Shown: piece by piece, positions 16,653 to 26,295 of the stretch
Layout: each line of letters starts with the position of its first letter
Numbering within the stretch: position 1 is the stretch's first letter
Origin: a virus
DNA length: 64,000 nucleotides
Strand: one strand, 5' to 3'
Virus record (IMG/VR): IMGVR_UViG_3300028822_000042
Span: 1-64,000 of that record
Translations under genes and position numbers: made by a program
The notes under the pieces: model-generated
The model's database searches: none
The model's input: only the letters and a program-made list of their open reading frames with translations
What the model was told of the DNA's origin: nothing

Positions 16653-18804
16653 AACAACAAAATTAACACCAGCTAAAAATACTGGTTTCTCTACTCCTGA
16701 GAAGAAATCCATCATCCCTGCTACTCTTCCTGCGCCCACAAAGGTGTATACCACTAATATTGGTAGAGGAAGAGCACCTACACTCAGATGGGAAGTACCT
16801 GAGTGGGATCTTGTTGAGACAGGTAGAATCTTAGATACAGAGTCAATTGTTAGAAGAGCTTTTAGAGTAAAGAAGAACCTTTTCCTTAAAGAAGGATATG
16901 AATTTACAGGTTCTAATCTAGACAGAGTAGCTTATGTAAAGAAGAGACTTCAACAGATAGAGGTAGCTTCTGGCATACCATTTCCTATTTTAATCTCTCA
17001 GACAATCTCTTCGCTGATAAGATGCGCTAATGCATTTTGGGTTAAAGTCAGAAAGACAGAAGCTTCTGGTGGCAAAGTACGTACTGTTGGTAATAAGAAA
17101 CTAAAACCTGTTGCAGGTTATTTCTTACTTCCTGCTGAAACAGTCAGATTCAAAAGAGATGAATACGGAAAAATTGTTAAGTATCAACAGGAGATATATG
17201 GAAAAGTTGCTAAGGAGTTTAGACCTGAAGATGTAATTCATTTCTATTTAGACAAGAGAGAAGGATATTCTGTAGGGACTCCTATCCTTACTCCAGTTAA
17301 GGATGACATTCGTGCTCTTCGACGAATAGAAGAAAACTTAGAGCTTCTTGTATATCAGCATCTCTTTCCGTTGTTTCATTATCAGGTAGGAACAGAAGAT
17401 GCTCCAGCAGCTATTTTTCCTGATGGCACATCTGAGATTGATGTTGTTCAGACTAAAGTTGCTGAGATGCCCTCAGATGGATGTTGGGTTACTCCCGAGC
17501 GGCATAAAATCACTCCATTACAGGCAGGAAGTTCTCCTGTAGCTGTAGACAAGGTCATAGATCACTTTAAGCAGAGAATCTATACTGGTATTGGTGTTTC
17601 ATCGGTAGACATGGGTGAAGGTGGAACTGCAAATAGATCCACAGCCCAAACAATGTCAAGAAACCTAGTTGATGACACTAAGGCTGACCAGAAAGAATTC
17701 GGTGCTCAATTCTACAGTAAAGTTATTGTAGAGCTTCTAAAAGAATCTACATTCTCTCAGGCTACTCTTTTAGATGAACCAAACAGAGTATACCTGAAGT
17801 TCAAAGAGATAGATTTTGAAGCTAGACAGGCAAAAGAGAATCATCTTGTAGACATCTTCATTAAGAACGCAATCACTCACTCTGAGATGAGACAGATGAT
17901 GGGTCTTGAACCATTTGCTGGTGATGGATGGCCTACAGGCACTAAGAAGTCTCAGATGTTCTCTAAAGGAGATGGGGATTGGTCTCAGACAAATTATGGT
18001 CTTATTGAGAGAGATAAGGTTATACTTCAGTCTCTTGATGAACCAGGCACAGATGCTTCTAAAGCAGAAGCCGCTTCACGTACAAAAGCTACTAGTGCAA
18101 AAGCAGCAGGTGGTAGTTCTGTCAATAATAAAAACCAGCCTTCAAATCAGCATGGTACTCGCTCCAGTACAAAAATTAACAAAGATAATTTAGAAAGTTT
18201 AATAGGATACAGTACTCCTATACATGATATCTTTAATAAACTTAGAGAGTCAATAGCTTCTGATATCAGGTCTAGCGGAACCAAACTTAAAGTTATAGAT
18301 TTTAATCTTGATGTAGCTTTTTCTGATGCAAAGAAAACTCTAGTCAGAAAGTCTAAGCTCGCCTACAGAGCTGGTCTTCGTGAGTCTGGGGCAGATATAT
18401 TCTCTGTAAATTATAATAGCGCGTACACTAAGATTCAAAAACATATAGAGAAATATATCTTGAAACTCAAAGAGGATTTATATAATCAGATCAAAAGACA
18501 TACAATTAGAGATATGAGATTAAAGCAAGAGGATGCTGTGTTTGTAGAGATGATATTTGATGCTCTAAGACATAGAACAGATATGATTGACAAGAGTGAA
18601 CCTATGAGAGCATATAACTTTGGTCTTGCATCTGGGTTTAGGTCTTTAGGTAATATGAATATGAGGTCTGTCCCTACAAGTGATTCTGCATGTAACATAT
18701 GCAAAGAGCAGTTTTTGATATACAAAGAGTCGGATGCTATAATTTACGAAGAGTTACCGCCTCTGCATCCTCACTGCAAATGTAAAATGAAGGTAACCAA
18801 TTAA
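16645..18804 (+). CDS. Portal protein fused to a C-terminal MuF (SPP1 gp7-like) domain
   Basis: Portal-like core (NAFWVKVR, FRPEDVIHF, GTPIL, GVSSVDMGEGGTANRSTA, AITHSEMRQMMGLEP) plus a MuF-type tail (DKSEPMRAYNFG...CNIC...PPLHPHCKC). Start moved to ATG 16645, which has an AGGAG SD. Confidence 0.85.
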   Translation: MAETTKLTPAKNTGFSTPEKKSIIPATLPAPTKVYTTNIGRGRAPTLRWEVPEWDLVETGRILDTESIVRRAFRVKKNLFLKEGYEFTGSNLDRVAYVKKRLQQIEVASGIPFPILISQTISSLIRCANAFWVKVRKTEASGGKVRTVGNKKLKPVAGYFLLPAETVRFKRDEYGKIVKYQQEIYGKVAKEFRPEDVIHFYLDKREGYSVGTPILTPVKDDIRALRRIEENLELLVYQHLFPLFHYQVGTEDAPAAIFPDGTSEIDVVQTKVAEMPSDGCWVTPERHKITPLQAGSSPVAVDKVIDHFKQRIYTGIGVSSVDMGEGGTANRSTAQTMSRNLVDDTKADQKEFGAQFYSKVIVELLKESTFSQATLLDEPNRVYLKFKEIDFEARQAKENHLVDIFIKNAITHSEMRQMMGLEPFAGDGWPTGTKKSQMFSKGDGDWSQTNYGLIERDKVILQSLDEPGTDASKAEAASRTKATSAKAAGGSSVNNKNQPSNQHGTRSSTKINKDNLESLIGYSTPIHDIFNKLRESIASDIRSSGTKLKVIDFNLDVAFSDAKKTLVRKSKLAYRAGLRESGADIFSVNYNSAYTKIQKHIEKYILKLKEDLYNQIKRHTIRDMRLKQEDAVFVEMIFDALRHRTDMIDKSEPMRAYNFGLASGFRSLGNMNMRSVPTSDSACNICKEQFLIYKESDAIIYEELPPLHPHCKCKMKVTN

Positions 18805-18821
18805 GGAGGGAAGAGGTAACT

Positions 18822-20945
18822 ATGGAACCATTGTTTAACGATTATTGTAAGGTACAACCTCTGTCAGACAATCAAGTGTCTGAAATGAAGGATTTCTTTT
18901 CAAGTCCTGAAGATAAAGGCTTAGAGGTTACCTTAGAGGCGACTCACTCTGGGTTTATGAATGATAACCTTAGATTCTATATTCCATCAAGAATGAGAGA
19001 TGGAGCTAAGACATTCACACAAAGAAGGAAACCAGCAAAAATCTTAAAGCATCATGATGCACAGTCTGACCCTGTAGGTATCATTGTTGATGCTGAATAT
19101 ATAGATACAACTCCAGAATATTTGCAGAAGAATAAAGATGTCCAAATCCTTAATGATAGCAGTTTCCCAATGAAGAAACAGATTTCTGCGGCTAAGAGAC
19201 TAATGAAATCTGGAGTAATGGATTCTGAAGACTGGAAAGGACTTGGGTATGTTAAACTTAAAGCAGTAGTACTTGACGAGAGGACCATAAAGCAGGTACA
19301 AACTGGATTGTTTGATGCTGTCTCAACTTCTTTTAGTTCTCCAGGCCATGTTTATTGTAATGTCTGTGGCCAGAATCTAGTAACTGACGGATTCTGTGAA
19401 CATGAGCCTGGAACTATATATAAAGACAATGAAGAAGACTCTGATGATCCAGGTGTTGTTTGTGGAATGATACCTGGAGTTCATAATTACCAAGAGTGTA
19501 GTTTTGTTGTCATGGATGGCGACCCACTCACTGGTATAAAGATTGGATTCGAGGATTCTCTTAAAACTTATGACATTCCAGTTGAGGACTGGAGAAGCAA
19601 CTCATTTGCAAAAGAGACTAAATTTGTATATGAGTTTAAAGACTTTAAGGAGGCAAATAACATGGATCCGACAAAACTTTCTGATGCTCAGAAAGAAGTC
19701 TTTGAGGTGATTAAGAAGCTTCGTCCTGAACTGGATGATAATGCTATCTCTGAGTTGGCTGTTAAAGTTAGTCAATTAAGACAAGAAGATGGTAAATATC
19801 CTTATCAGGAAGACGCCGATATCACTAATGAGCTAGCAATCCAGTATGCAGTTGACAACTTTGAGACCAAAGAACAAGAAATTAATGCTGATAGCATTGT
19901 TGATGAAATGCAGATAGAGCTTAAGAAGATGCTTGATGAAGGTGTCATCAGTGAAGAGATTTGGAAGGTGGCTGATGCTCAGCTAAGTGCTGAGGAGAGA
20001 AAAAAGCTACCTAGTTCTGCTTTCTGTGGTCCAGATAGGTCATTTCCAGTTCCAGACTGTGCACATGTAACTGCAGCGAGAAGACTTATTGGTAGATATG
20101 AAGGTCCTGGAGACAAGTCCAAAATACGTGCATGCATTAACAGAAAAGCTAAGGCGCTTGGATGTGATGATGAGAAAGAAGATAGCGCTGTGCCTTCAAA
20201 AAATACAACAGATGACAACAAAGATGCATTGTTTACATTGCCCACATGTGAACAGCTTAAAGACCTAGAGAACAAAGATGCTCAGACATTATTCGCTATG
20301 GCTGAGTCTGAATTGATTTCTAGAGATTTGAAAGTACAAAGAGATTGTAGTAAATGTGCAGAGTCTGCTGATCTTCTTGATAAAGCAAAACAAGAGTTGA
20401 AAGACAGTAAAGAAGAAATAAATGACCTTAAAACAACACTTAAGGTTTTAAGAGTCGAAATGAAGAATCAGATGGAAGACTATTTCCGCCAAGTTGATGA
20501 TTATGTTGCTCTTGGTTCTGAGCTTACAACTGTAAAATCAGAAAAACTTGCACTTATTGGTGTTCTTAGTGGAAAGTATGATACTCTTGAGAAAGGAATT
20601 GATGCACTAAAAGATGCTGATTTGACAAAAGAAGAACCTGTTCTGATGGATAACTTCAAAATTGATGATGTAATGACCAAACTTAATGATGGTCTTGCAC
20701 AGCAAAATCCAGAAGATACTGTGGATGATCCTACTGTCAACATAGATAGTGATAATTCACAATTTCCTGATGGTCTTTCAGGTCCAGCGGTGGCAGCAAT
20801 CGAAAACATTAGAGATTTCATACATTCCAATGAGATTGGACGTGCCAAGAATCTTTATGCTAGAATGATTGCTAGGAAAGTATTTGATGAGAAACAAGTA
20901 CCATTTGATAGTCTTCAGCAAAAAAGTCAGACCCTTGCTGAATAA
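18822..20945 (+). CDS. Prohead protease-scaffold fusion
   Basis: ATHSG..N.N.RFY, KHHD...PVG, AVSTSF, CNVCG...CEH, ECSFV in the N-terminal half; acidic coiled-coil C-terminal half; between portal and capsid genes. Confidence 0.75.
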   Translation: MEPLFNDYCKVQPLSDNQVSEMKDFFSSPEDKGLEVTLEATHSGFMNDNLRFYIPSRMRDGAKTFTQRRKPAKILKHHDAQSDPVGIIVDAEYIDTTPEYLQKNKDVQILNDSSFPMKKQISAAKRLMKSGVMDSEDWKGLGYVKLKAVVLDERTIKQVQTGLFDAVSTSFSSPGHVYCNVCGQNLVTDGFCEHEPGTIYKDNEEDSDDPGVVCGMIPGVHNYQECSFVVMDGDPLTGIKIGFEDSLKTYDIPVEDWRSNSFAKETKFVYEFKDFKEANNMDPTKLSDAQKEVFEVIKKLRPELDDNAISELAVKVSQLRQEDGKYPYQEDADITNELAIQYAVDNFETKEQEINADSIVDEMQIELKKMLDEGVISEEIWKVADAQLSAEERKKLPSSAFCGPDRSFPVPDCAHVTAARRLIGRYEGPGDKSKIRACINRKAKALGCDDEKEDSAVPSKNTTDDNKDALFTLPTCEQLKDLENKDAQTLFAMAESELISRDLKVQRDCSKCAESADLLDKAKQELKDSKEEINDLKTTLKVLRVEMKNQMEDYFRQVDDYVALGSELTTVKSEKLALIGVLSGKYDTLEKGIDALKDADLTKEEPVLMDNFKIDDVMTKLNDGLAQQNPEDTVDDPTVNIDSDNSQFPDGLSGPAVAAIENIRDFIHSNEIGRAKNLYARMIARKVFDEKQVPFDSLQQKSQTLAE
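19662..20945 (+). CDS. Putative nested scaffold protein from an internal in-frame start
   Basis: AAGGAGG at 19647-19653, 8 nt before in-frame ATG 19662, at the protease/scaffold boundary. Confidence 0.55.
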   Translation: MDPTKLSDAQKEVFEVIKKLRPELDDNAISELAVKVSQLRQEDGKYPYQEDADITNELAIQYAVDNFETKEQEINADSIVDEMQIELKKMLDEGVISEEIWKVADAQLSAEERKKLPSSAFCGPDRSFPVPDCAHVTAARRLIGRYEGPGDKSKIRACINRKAKALGCDDEKEDSAVPSKNTTDDNKDALFTLPTCEQLKDLENKDAQTLFAMAESELISRDLKVQRDCSKCAESADLLDKAKQELKDSKEEINDLKTTLKVLRVEMKNQMEDYFRQVDDYVALGSELTTVKSEKLALIGVLSGKYDTLEKGIDALKDADLTKEEPVLMDNFKIDDVMTKLNDGLAQQNPEDTVDDPTVNIDSDNSQFPDGLSGPAVAAIENIRDFIHSNEIGRAKNLYARMIARKVFDEKQVPFDSLQQKSQTLAE

Positions 20946-20964
20946 TATAGGGAGGTAGAAGATT

Positions 20965-22371
20965 ATGACTATTGCAAGAGGTTACGTAGCCGACCATAAG
21001 TTTTGGGACAGAATGGGCCGCATCACTCCTAATGTGGACTGGTCAGAGTCTGATCGTCCACATTTTGAGAGTATGCCAGCTCCTTGGCTTCCAGTTCAGC
21101 GTAAAGAAGAAGAGATTGAATATTACATTGTAGTGTCTTCAGGTAAGGTTATTGCTGAGGATCGTAATGGACATCTTGTTCCTGCTGGCCTGAGAAAATC
21201 TTGGAATGTAGCGACTGGAACAACTATTCTTACTTATACGGCTACTGATGTTTCAGAAAATGTCATTGACTTGACAACTGGCGTAGCAGTAACAGCAGCA
21301 ACTTCTTATACGGAGACTCAAGTTACTTCGGCTCTTCGTGAGAGAGGGCTAATTCGACACACAGAGAGAGCTACTGATTTTATCAGTAAGCCGATTGGTA
21401 TCGCTTCTTACAACTACTATAAAGCAGCTGGTACTGATCATTACAATCCTGCAAATCTGTTTCAGCATAACTTTAGACCACAAGCTCTGGCTGCTGTCAC
21501 ATGCGATTATGCAGTAACCTATCCAGTTCTTCCTGCGTTGGCCACAACAGAGACAATGGCAAATGACAACACAGGTGGAGCAGCTGGCGCCCTAGAAGAT
21601 TTCTTCGATGGTTCAACAACTCCTCGTGTTGCTGGTTGGTTCAGCTCAACGCAGATTCATGAAGTAACTCGTTATGCTTCTGATGTTGCTGCGGGTGATA
21701 ACATCGTTGGCTACATGACAGTCAATTATCCTCTAGCACATGATACAGCAGAGAGTACAATTGAAGCTTCAGTGTCTGGTTTAACTAGACAGGTTAGTTC
21801 AATTACAGACATCAGCTCTGCAGGTGACTACTTCATCGATCATGAAGTTGGAATGATCTTCTTCTATGAAGCAGGCGGAGATGCAATTCCTTCTCCATGG
21901 AGTGTGTCTGCTACTCTGACGTACTATCATTATGGGAGTACAGGAACAGCCACGAATACTGTTACTACGTACTCATGCGCTACAGGCAATATTGAGTATG
22001 GTGACTTCCTCACCTACGACACAAACAGCAACCTTATCAAAGCTACTCTGGATATCTCAGATGCTGAGGGTTATGACGCAAGTGGTGACCTTTACAGTGC
22101 TGACCCAGAGTATGATACTGAATCAGATAATGGAGTTGTTTCTCTCCAGCTTGAGAAAGCAATCCAAAACTGGATGGAAGGAATTGTTGGTCAAGTTATT
22201 GGTGTAGTCACTTATCCGAGAGATTACCTCGATAGAGTGCATACTGCCTATAGTGGCCAAACTGCTGCCAACATGAGAACTCCTGGTAGTGCAACTGGTG
22301 GCCGGAGTGACCAGCTCACATATTCAAATTCTGCCGAACGAATGGTCATCGTTAACTTAATCTTCCGCTAA
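20965..22371 (+). CDS. Capsid decoration/head-associated structural protein
   Basis: Between scaffold and MCP; Thr/Ala/Ser-rich; SD GGAGGT. Confidence 0.55.
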   Translation: MTIARGYVADHKFWDRMGRITPNVDWSESDRPHFESMPAPWLPVQRKEEEIEYYIVVSSGKVIAEDRNGHLVPAGLRKSWNVATGTTILTYTATDVSENVIDLTTGVAVTAATSYTETQVTSALRERGLIRHTERATDFISKPIGIASYNYYKAAGTDHYNPANLFQHNFRPQALAAVTCDYAVTYPVLPALATTETMANDNTGGAAGALEDFFDGSTTPRVAGWFSSTQIHEVTRYASDVAAGDNIVGYMTVNYPLAHDTAESTIEASVSGLTRQVSSITDISSAGDYFIDHEVGMIFFYEAGGDAIPSPWSVSATLTYYHYGSTGTATNTVTTYSCATGNIEYGDFLTYDTNSNLIKATLDISDAEGYDASGDLYSADPEYDTESDNGVVSLQLEKAIQNWMEGIVGQVIGVVTYPRDYLDRVHTAYSGQTAANMRTPGSATGGRSDQLTYSNSAERMVIVNLIFR

Positions 22372-22394
22372 GCCGAAGAAGGAGGAACCTTACA

Positions 22395-23654
22395 ATGCCT
22401 AGAAAGATTGATCATGCGACAGCCTTCGGCGACAGCTATGAGCTTTTCCGCGATACGTGGTTTGCTAATGGATTCAATGAGCCTACACAGCAGCAAATTG
22501 AATTCAAAGATATTATGGCCACTCCGAATGCTCAGTACTGGATGCCTAAGGTAGTTGAGGAGATTGTTCGTGAGCCTGTTGAGCCTATGCTCATTGTTCC
22601 TAGCTTGCTAGACAGGATCGCTTACACTCCAGCTGCTAGAATTACATTCCCAGCAGTAGGTGCTTTGGTTGCATTTGACCTTGCTGAAGGTCAGGCATAT
22701 CCAGAACAACAGTTAAATGTTGCTCCTGGTAGCATCACAATCAATGTTGGGAAAACTGGTGTTGCGTTTAAGATTACTGAAGAGATGCAGAAGTATTCTC
22801 AGTACGATGTGATGAACATGCACATCCGTGCTGCTCGACGTGCTCTTGATCGACACAAAGAGAAGAAAGGTATGGACTATATCACTGGTATGGGCGTATC
22901 TCTCTTCGATAATAAGAATCCGACAACATCTGTCTATGGCACATGCACAGGTCGGTCAATTACAGGTGCTGGTAATGGCTCTTGTAGAATGGAAGACCTT
23001 CTAAAGGCATATGCCCACATCATGATGCAGGGTTACACTCCTGATACCATCCTGATGCATCCTCTGACATGGTCTATGTGGATGGCTGATCCTCTGCTTC
23101 AGACTATTGTCAAGAATACAGGTAATGGTAGTTGGTTCCAGCCGCACAATATGCCTAAATCTGGTTTGCCTTGGGCTAACGCCTCACAGAACAAAATGGG
23201 TATCCATGGTGGTTACGGCCAGTATACACCTCCGGATAACAATGCTTCTGCTACACCTACTGGTGTGGATGAGATCGATCAAAATCTCAACAGTGCACCT
23301 GTTATCCCTAATTACTTCCCGCATCCGCTGAAAGTATTGGTTAGCCCATTTGCTCCGTTCAATGTCCACAACAATAGTTGTGACATCATGATCTTCGACT
23401 CTAGCAACCTTGGTGCTCTAGTTGTTGATGAGGATGTCAGCATTGACCAATGGGAAGATATGTCAACAGACATCATGAAGGTTAAACTGAAAGAGCGTTA
23501 TGCTTTTGCTATCTATGAAGATGGTTTGGCAGTTGGTGTTCTGAAACATGTCCCAGTTAAGGCTAATGAGATTGCTCTGCCAGTAACAGCTACTATTTCT
23601 GCTGCTGGATCTCTTGACGAACTGGACCAAACAACATCTATTAGTGGTCTCTAA
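22395..23654 (+). CDS. Major capsid protein (HK97 fold)
   Basis: AFDLAEGQAYPE, VGKTGVAFKITEEM, PDTILMHP, KLKERYAF; very strong SD AAGGAGG; followed by a terminator. Confidence 0.88.
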   Translation: MPRKIDHATAFGDSYELFRDTWFANGFNEPTQQQIEFKDIMATPNAQYWMPKVVEEIVREPVEPMLIVPSLLDRIAYTPAARITFPAVGALVAFDLAEGQAYPEQQLNVAPGSITINVGKTGVAFKITEEMQKYSQYDVMNMHIRAARRALDRHKEKKGMDYITGMGVSLFDNKNPTTSVYGTCTGRSITGAGNGSCRMEDLLKAYAHIMMQGYTPDTILMHPLTWSMWMADPLLQTIVKNTGNGSWFQPHNMPKSGLPWANASQNKMGIHGGYGQYTPPDNNASATPTGVDEIDQNLNSAPVIPNYFPHPLKVLVSPFAPFNVHNNSCDIMIFDSSNLGALVVDEDVSIDQWEDMSTDIMKVKLKERYAFAIYEDGLAVGVLKHVPVKANEIALPVTATISAAGSLDELDQTTSISGL

Positions 23655-23682
23655 TTAGAGAACCGCATTGATGTGGTAAACT

Positions 23683-23719
23683 AAAGGGAGGAGGAGCGGT
23701 GGTTCCTTCTCCCTTTTTT
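23683..23719 (+). terminator. Rho-independent terminator after MCP
   Basis: AAAGGGAGGAGGAGC-GGTG-GTTCCTTCTCCCTTT stem-loop running into a T tract. Confidence 0.85.
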
Positions 23720-23745
23720 GTTTTTCTTCAATAAGGAATTTAGCC

Positions 23746-24291
23746 ATGAGATTGGTTAAAATTAAACTCTGTCCTCAAAATCCCTTCTGGTTTCTTGGAG
23801 ATATCATCAATCTCACAAAAGAGAATCCTGAGAGCCCTCTGATAAATTTAGACTCATTAGAGGAAGAACAAGTTAAAACAATTAACCAAGCTGCAAATCA
23901 GATGGAAGTTAAATTGTTTGATAGTGAAGGGAATAAGCTAAAGAAAACTAATGATGCTATCTTTATATCTGGCGACCATGCTGTAGATGTAAACGATATA
24001 GATAAGGAGGAATCAGAACAAGACTTTTTAGGAATTGAATCTGTTACTGTGTCAGAAGAATCAGAAGAATCTGAAGAAAAACAAATAATAGTAGAAGAAC
24101 AGGATTTGAAGGATGCTAGTATCTTTCTTAGCAAGAATGGAAATACTGTTAGGAAGATGATTAAATCCTTACCTAGGTCTGACGATAGTCTCGTGTTTTT
24201 GCATGCTCTTCTTCAGGTTGAATCAAGCACTAAGAACAGACATGGTGTTGTCAGTAGGATAGAAGAGGTGATTGATGAGTGCCAACAATAG
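23746..24291 (+). CDS. Hypothetical acidic protein
   Basis: 181 aa with SD AAGGA, directly after MCP. Confidence 0.6.
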   Translation: MRLVKIKLCPQNPFWFLGDIINLTKENPESPLINLDSLEEEQVKTINQAANQMEVKLFDSEGNKLKKTNDAIFISGDHAVDVNDIDKEESEQDFLGIESVTVSEESEESEEKQIIVEEQDLKDASIFLSKNGNTVRKMIKSLPRSDDSLVFLHALLQVESSTKNRHGVVSRIEEVIDECQQ

Positions 24292-24505
24292 AGAAGTATT
24301 CGTAGAAGAAGGCGAATTTAAAGTTGGAATGGATTTCATTATGAAGCTTAGAACAGAAGCCAATAGGCAGAAAGCCTATAGGAGTTCGAAAGATTTTGCA
24401 AAAATGCTTGGTAATGATGGTTCTGACATCCCTGACTTCAAACAAGATTCTCTGTCAGAACTAGATAAGATAGCTGATTCTCTTGAAATCATAGAGGAAG
24501 AATAA
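24272..24505 (+). CDS. Hypothetical protein
   Basis: Short ORF with GAGGTG SD, coupled to the next gene by TAATG. Confidence 0.55.
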   Translation: MMSANNREVFVEEGEFKVGMDFIMKLRTEANRQKAYRSSKDFAKMLGNDGSDIPDFKQDSLSELDKIADSLEIIEEE

Positions 24506-26295
24506 TGGCTACCACTCCTCATATTTTAGACGTATATCCTGCTCCAGGTTCGTCTGGAATTCCTATTGGTGATCAAGTAACAGTTACATTCGATCAGGAG
24601 ATGGACCACTCTTCTATCAATACAGGTACTTTTGTGCTTGCTGCTCCAGACAGAAGCACTACAATTGGTGAAGGGTGGAATTTTCCTGATACAGCAGGCT
24701 CAGAAGATGAAGATATGCTTAGCTCTCCTTATTATGGAGGGTTTGTTAAAGGTACTATCTCATTTTCAAGAGTAAATGCATATGGCTCTCCAGTAGAAGA
24801 TAGCGAAACAGACACAACTGGTGATGGTACACTATGGAGAACAGTTGCTCTTTTTACTCCATCTCAACCTTTATCTCCTAATGTTCAATATACTGTTTTA
24901 GTTGCTGGTGATGAAGATCCTACAAATCAGTTTGATAGTGGTGTCAAAACTAGGACTGTATTTGACCCTGTAGCTATATCTGTAACAGGGACTGGTAATA
25001 TCTCTTTCAGCGGCGGGTATACTGGCTCAACAAGCAGAACCTATACTGTAGAGATAGTTGCTTCTGGTACAGTAGGCAATGCTACTTACCAGTGGTGGGA
25101 TAATTCAGATCCTCTTACCGTTTATCAAGGCATCACTACTACTGGCGAGAGAGAGCTAGATAATGGATTGTTAGTCTCATTTGATCCTGATGGTACTTTG
25201 GCATCAGGCGATAAGTGGACTGTTCATTGTGTGCCGTTTATCTCTCTCTCGAACACATATAAGTGGACATTCACTACCGGCTCAGGAGAACTTCTTGCTC
25301 CTCCATCTTCTTCAAGCACTAGTGGAATAGAAGAGTTGTCTTCTGCTTCTACTTCTGCCTTCTCAGTCTCTGAAGTAAATCCTGAAGGAGCAAAGTATGG
25401 CGTCTCTATATCTGAGGACCCATACCAAGGAGAAGTAATTACAGTAACATTTACAAGCACCTCTATAGTAGATGCAGCAACACTTGTAGATGCTGTAGAG
25501 GTCAGAATGGAAGCTGCTAATGGAGATGTAAATTTAGTCCCTGTTACCGATCTTGATTTTGAGACTACATTGTTGGACAACGTTCTCACAATTACACTAG
25601 ATCCAGGTCAGCTTGTACAAAATTCTATTGTTGTTGTTACCCTTGACAAGACTATAGCGGATACAGATGGCAATATGCTCGGGTCTGATTATGTGACCTA
25701 TTTCTCTACAACATATACACCTCTATATTCTAGCTTAAGAAGAATAAGATTTGATCTTGGTAACTTCATCTCTGGAATACAAGATGAAACAATCATGCTA
25801 GCTATATTAGAAGCTAGTATATATACAGATGCAATCAAGTTTGCTACTACAATAAGCAATTCTTCATTTTATATGCAAGCAAAACGTGAGTTCACTACAT
25901 GTCTTGCTGAGTTAAAGTTGCTTAAAGGTCTTTCTGCTGATGTGGTATCAGGAGATAGAATGTCAAAAACATTAGGTGACCTTTCTGTGTCCAGAACAGG
26001 TACAGGAAACGCTCTTAAAGAGACAATGAGTGATTTGCAAGACTGTATAAATTACTGGAGAGTTGTGATTGAGTCTGGAGGCGCAGTCGCTCCAAATACT
26101 TCTCTGTCTCCAGAGTACACTGTTAAAGGAGCTGATGCCTCTGATGCTATCACTGTTGCAAGACAATGGGAACCAACAAGTGGTCTTGGTAGTTATCGCT
26201 CCGCAGCAAATACAAAAGTTTCGAACTATAATAGTAGCTCTAGAAAGAGATATAGGACGTTTAGAAACAAGACAACTTGGAGAAATAGAGACTAA
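24505..26295 (+). CDS. Ig-like (SbsA/Big_5-type) domains fused to a putative head-tail adaptor
   Basis: PHILDVYPA...VTVTFDQEMD...FTPSQPLSPNVQYTV and a second ITVTF...IADTDGNML..DY..FST Ig-like unit; helical C-terminal domain in the neck position. Confidence 0.65.
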   Translation: MATTPHILDVYPAPGSSGIPIGDQVTVTFDQEMDHSSINTGTFVLAAPDRSTTIGEGWNFPDTAGSEDEDMLSSPYYGGFVKGTISFSRVNAYGSPVEDSETDTTGDGTLWRTVALFTPSQPLSPNVQYTVLVAGDEDPTNQFDSGVKTRTVFDPVAISVTGTGNISFSGGYTGSTSRTYTVEIVASGTVGNATYQWWDNSDPLTVYQGITTTGERELDNGLLVSFDPDGTLASGDKWTVHCVPFISLSNTYKWTFTTGSGELLAPPSSSSTSGIEELSSASTSAFSVSEVNPEGAKYGVSISEDPYQGEVITVTFTSTSIVDAATLVDAVEVRMEAANGDVNLVPVTDLDFETTLLDNVLTITLDPGQLVQNSIVVVTLDKTIADTDGNMLGSDYVTYFSTTYTPLYSSLRRIRFDLGNFISGIQDETIMLAILEASIYTDAIKFATTISNSSFYMQAKREFTTCLAELKLLKGLSADVVSGDRMSKTLGDLSVSRTGTGNALKETMSDLQDCINYWRVVIESGGAVAPNTSLSPEYTVKGADASDAITVARQWEPTSGLGSYRSAANTKVSNYNSSSRKRYRTFRNKTTWRNRD

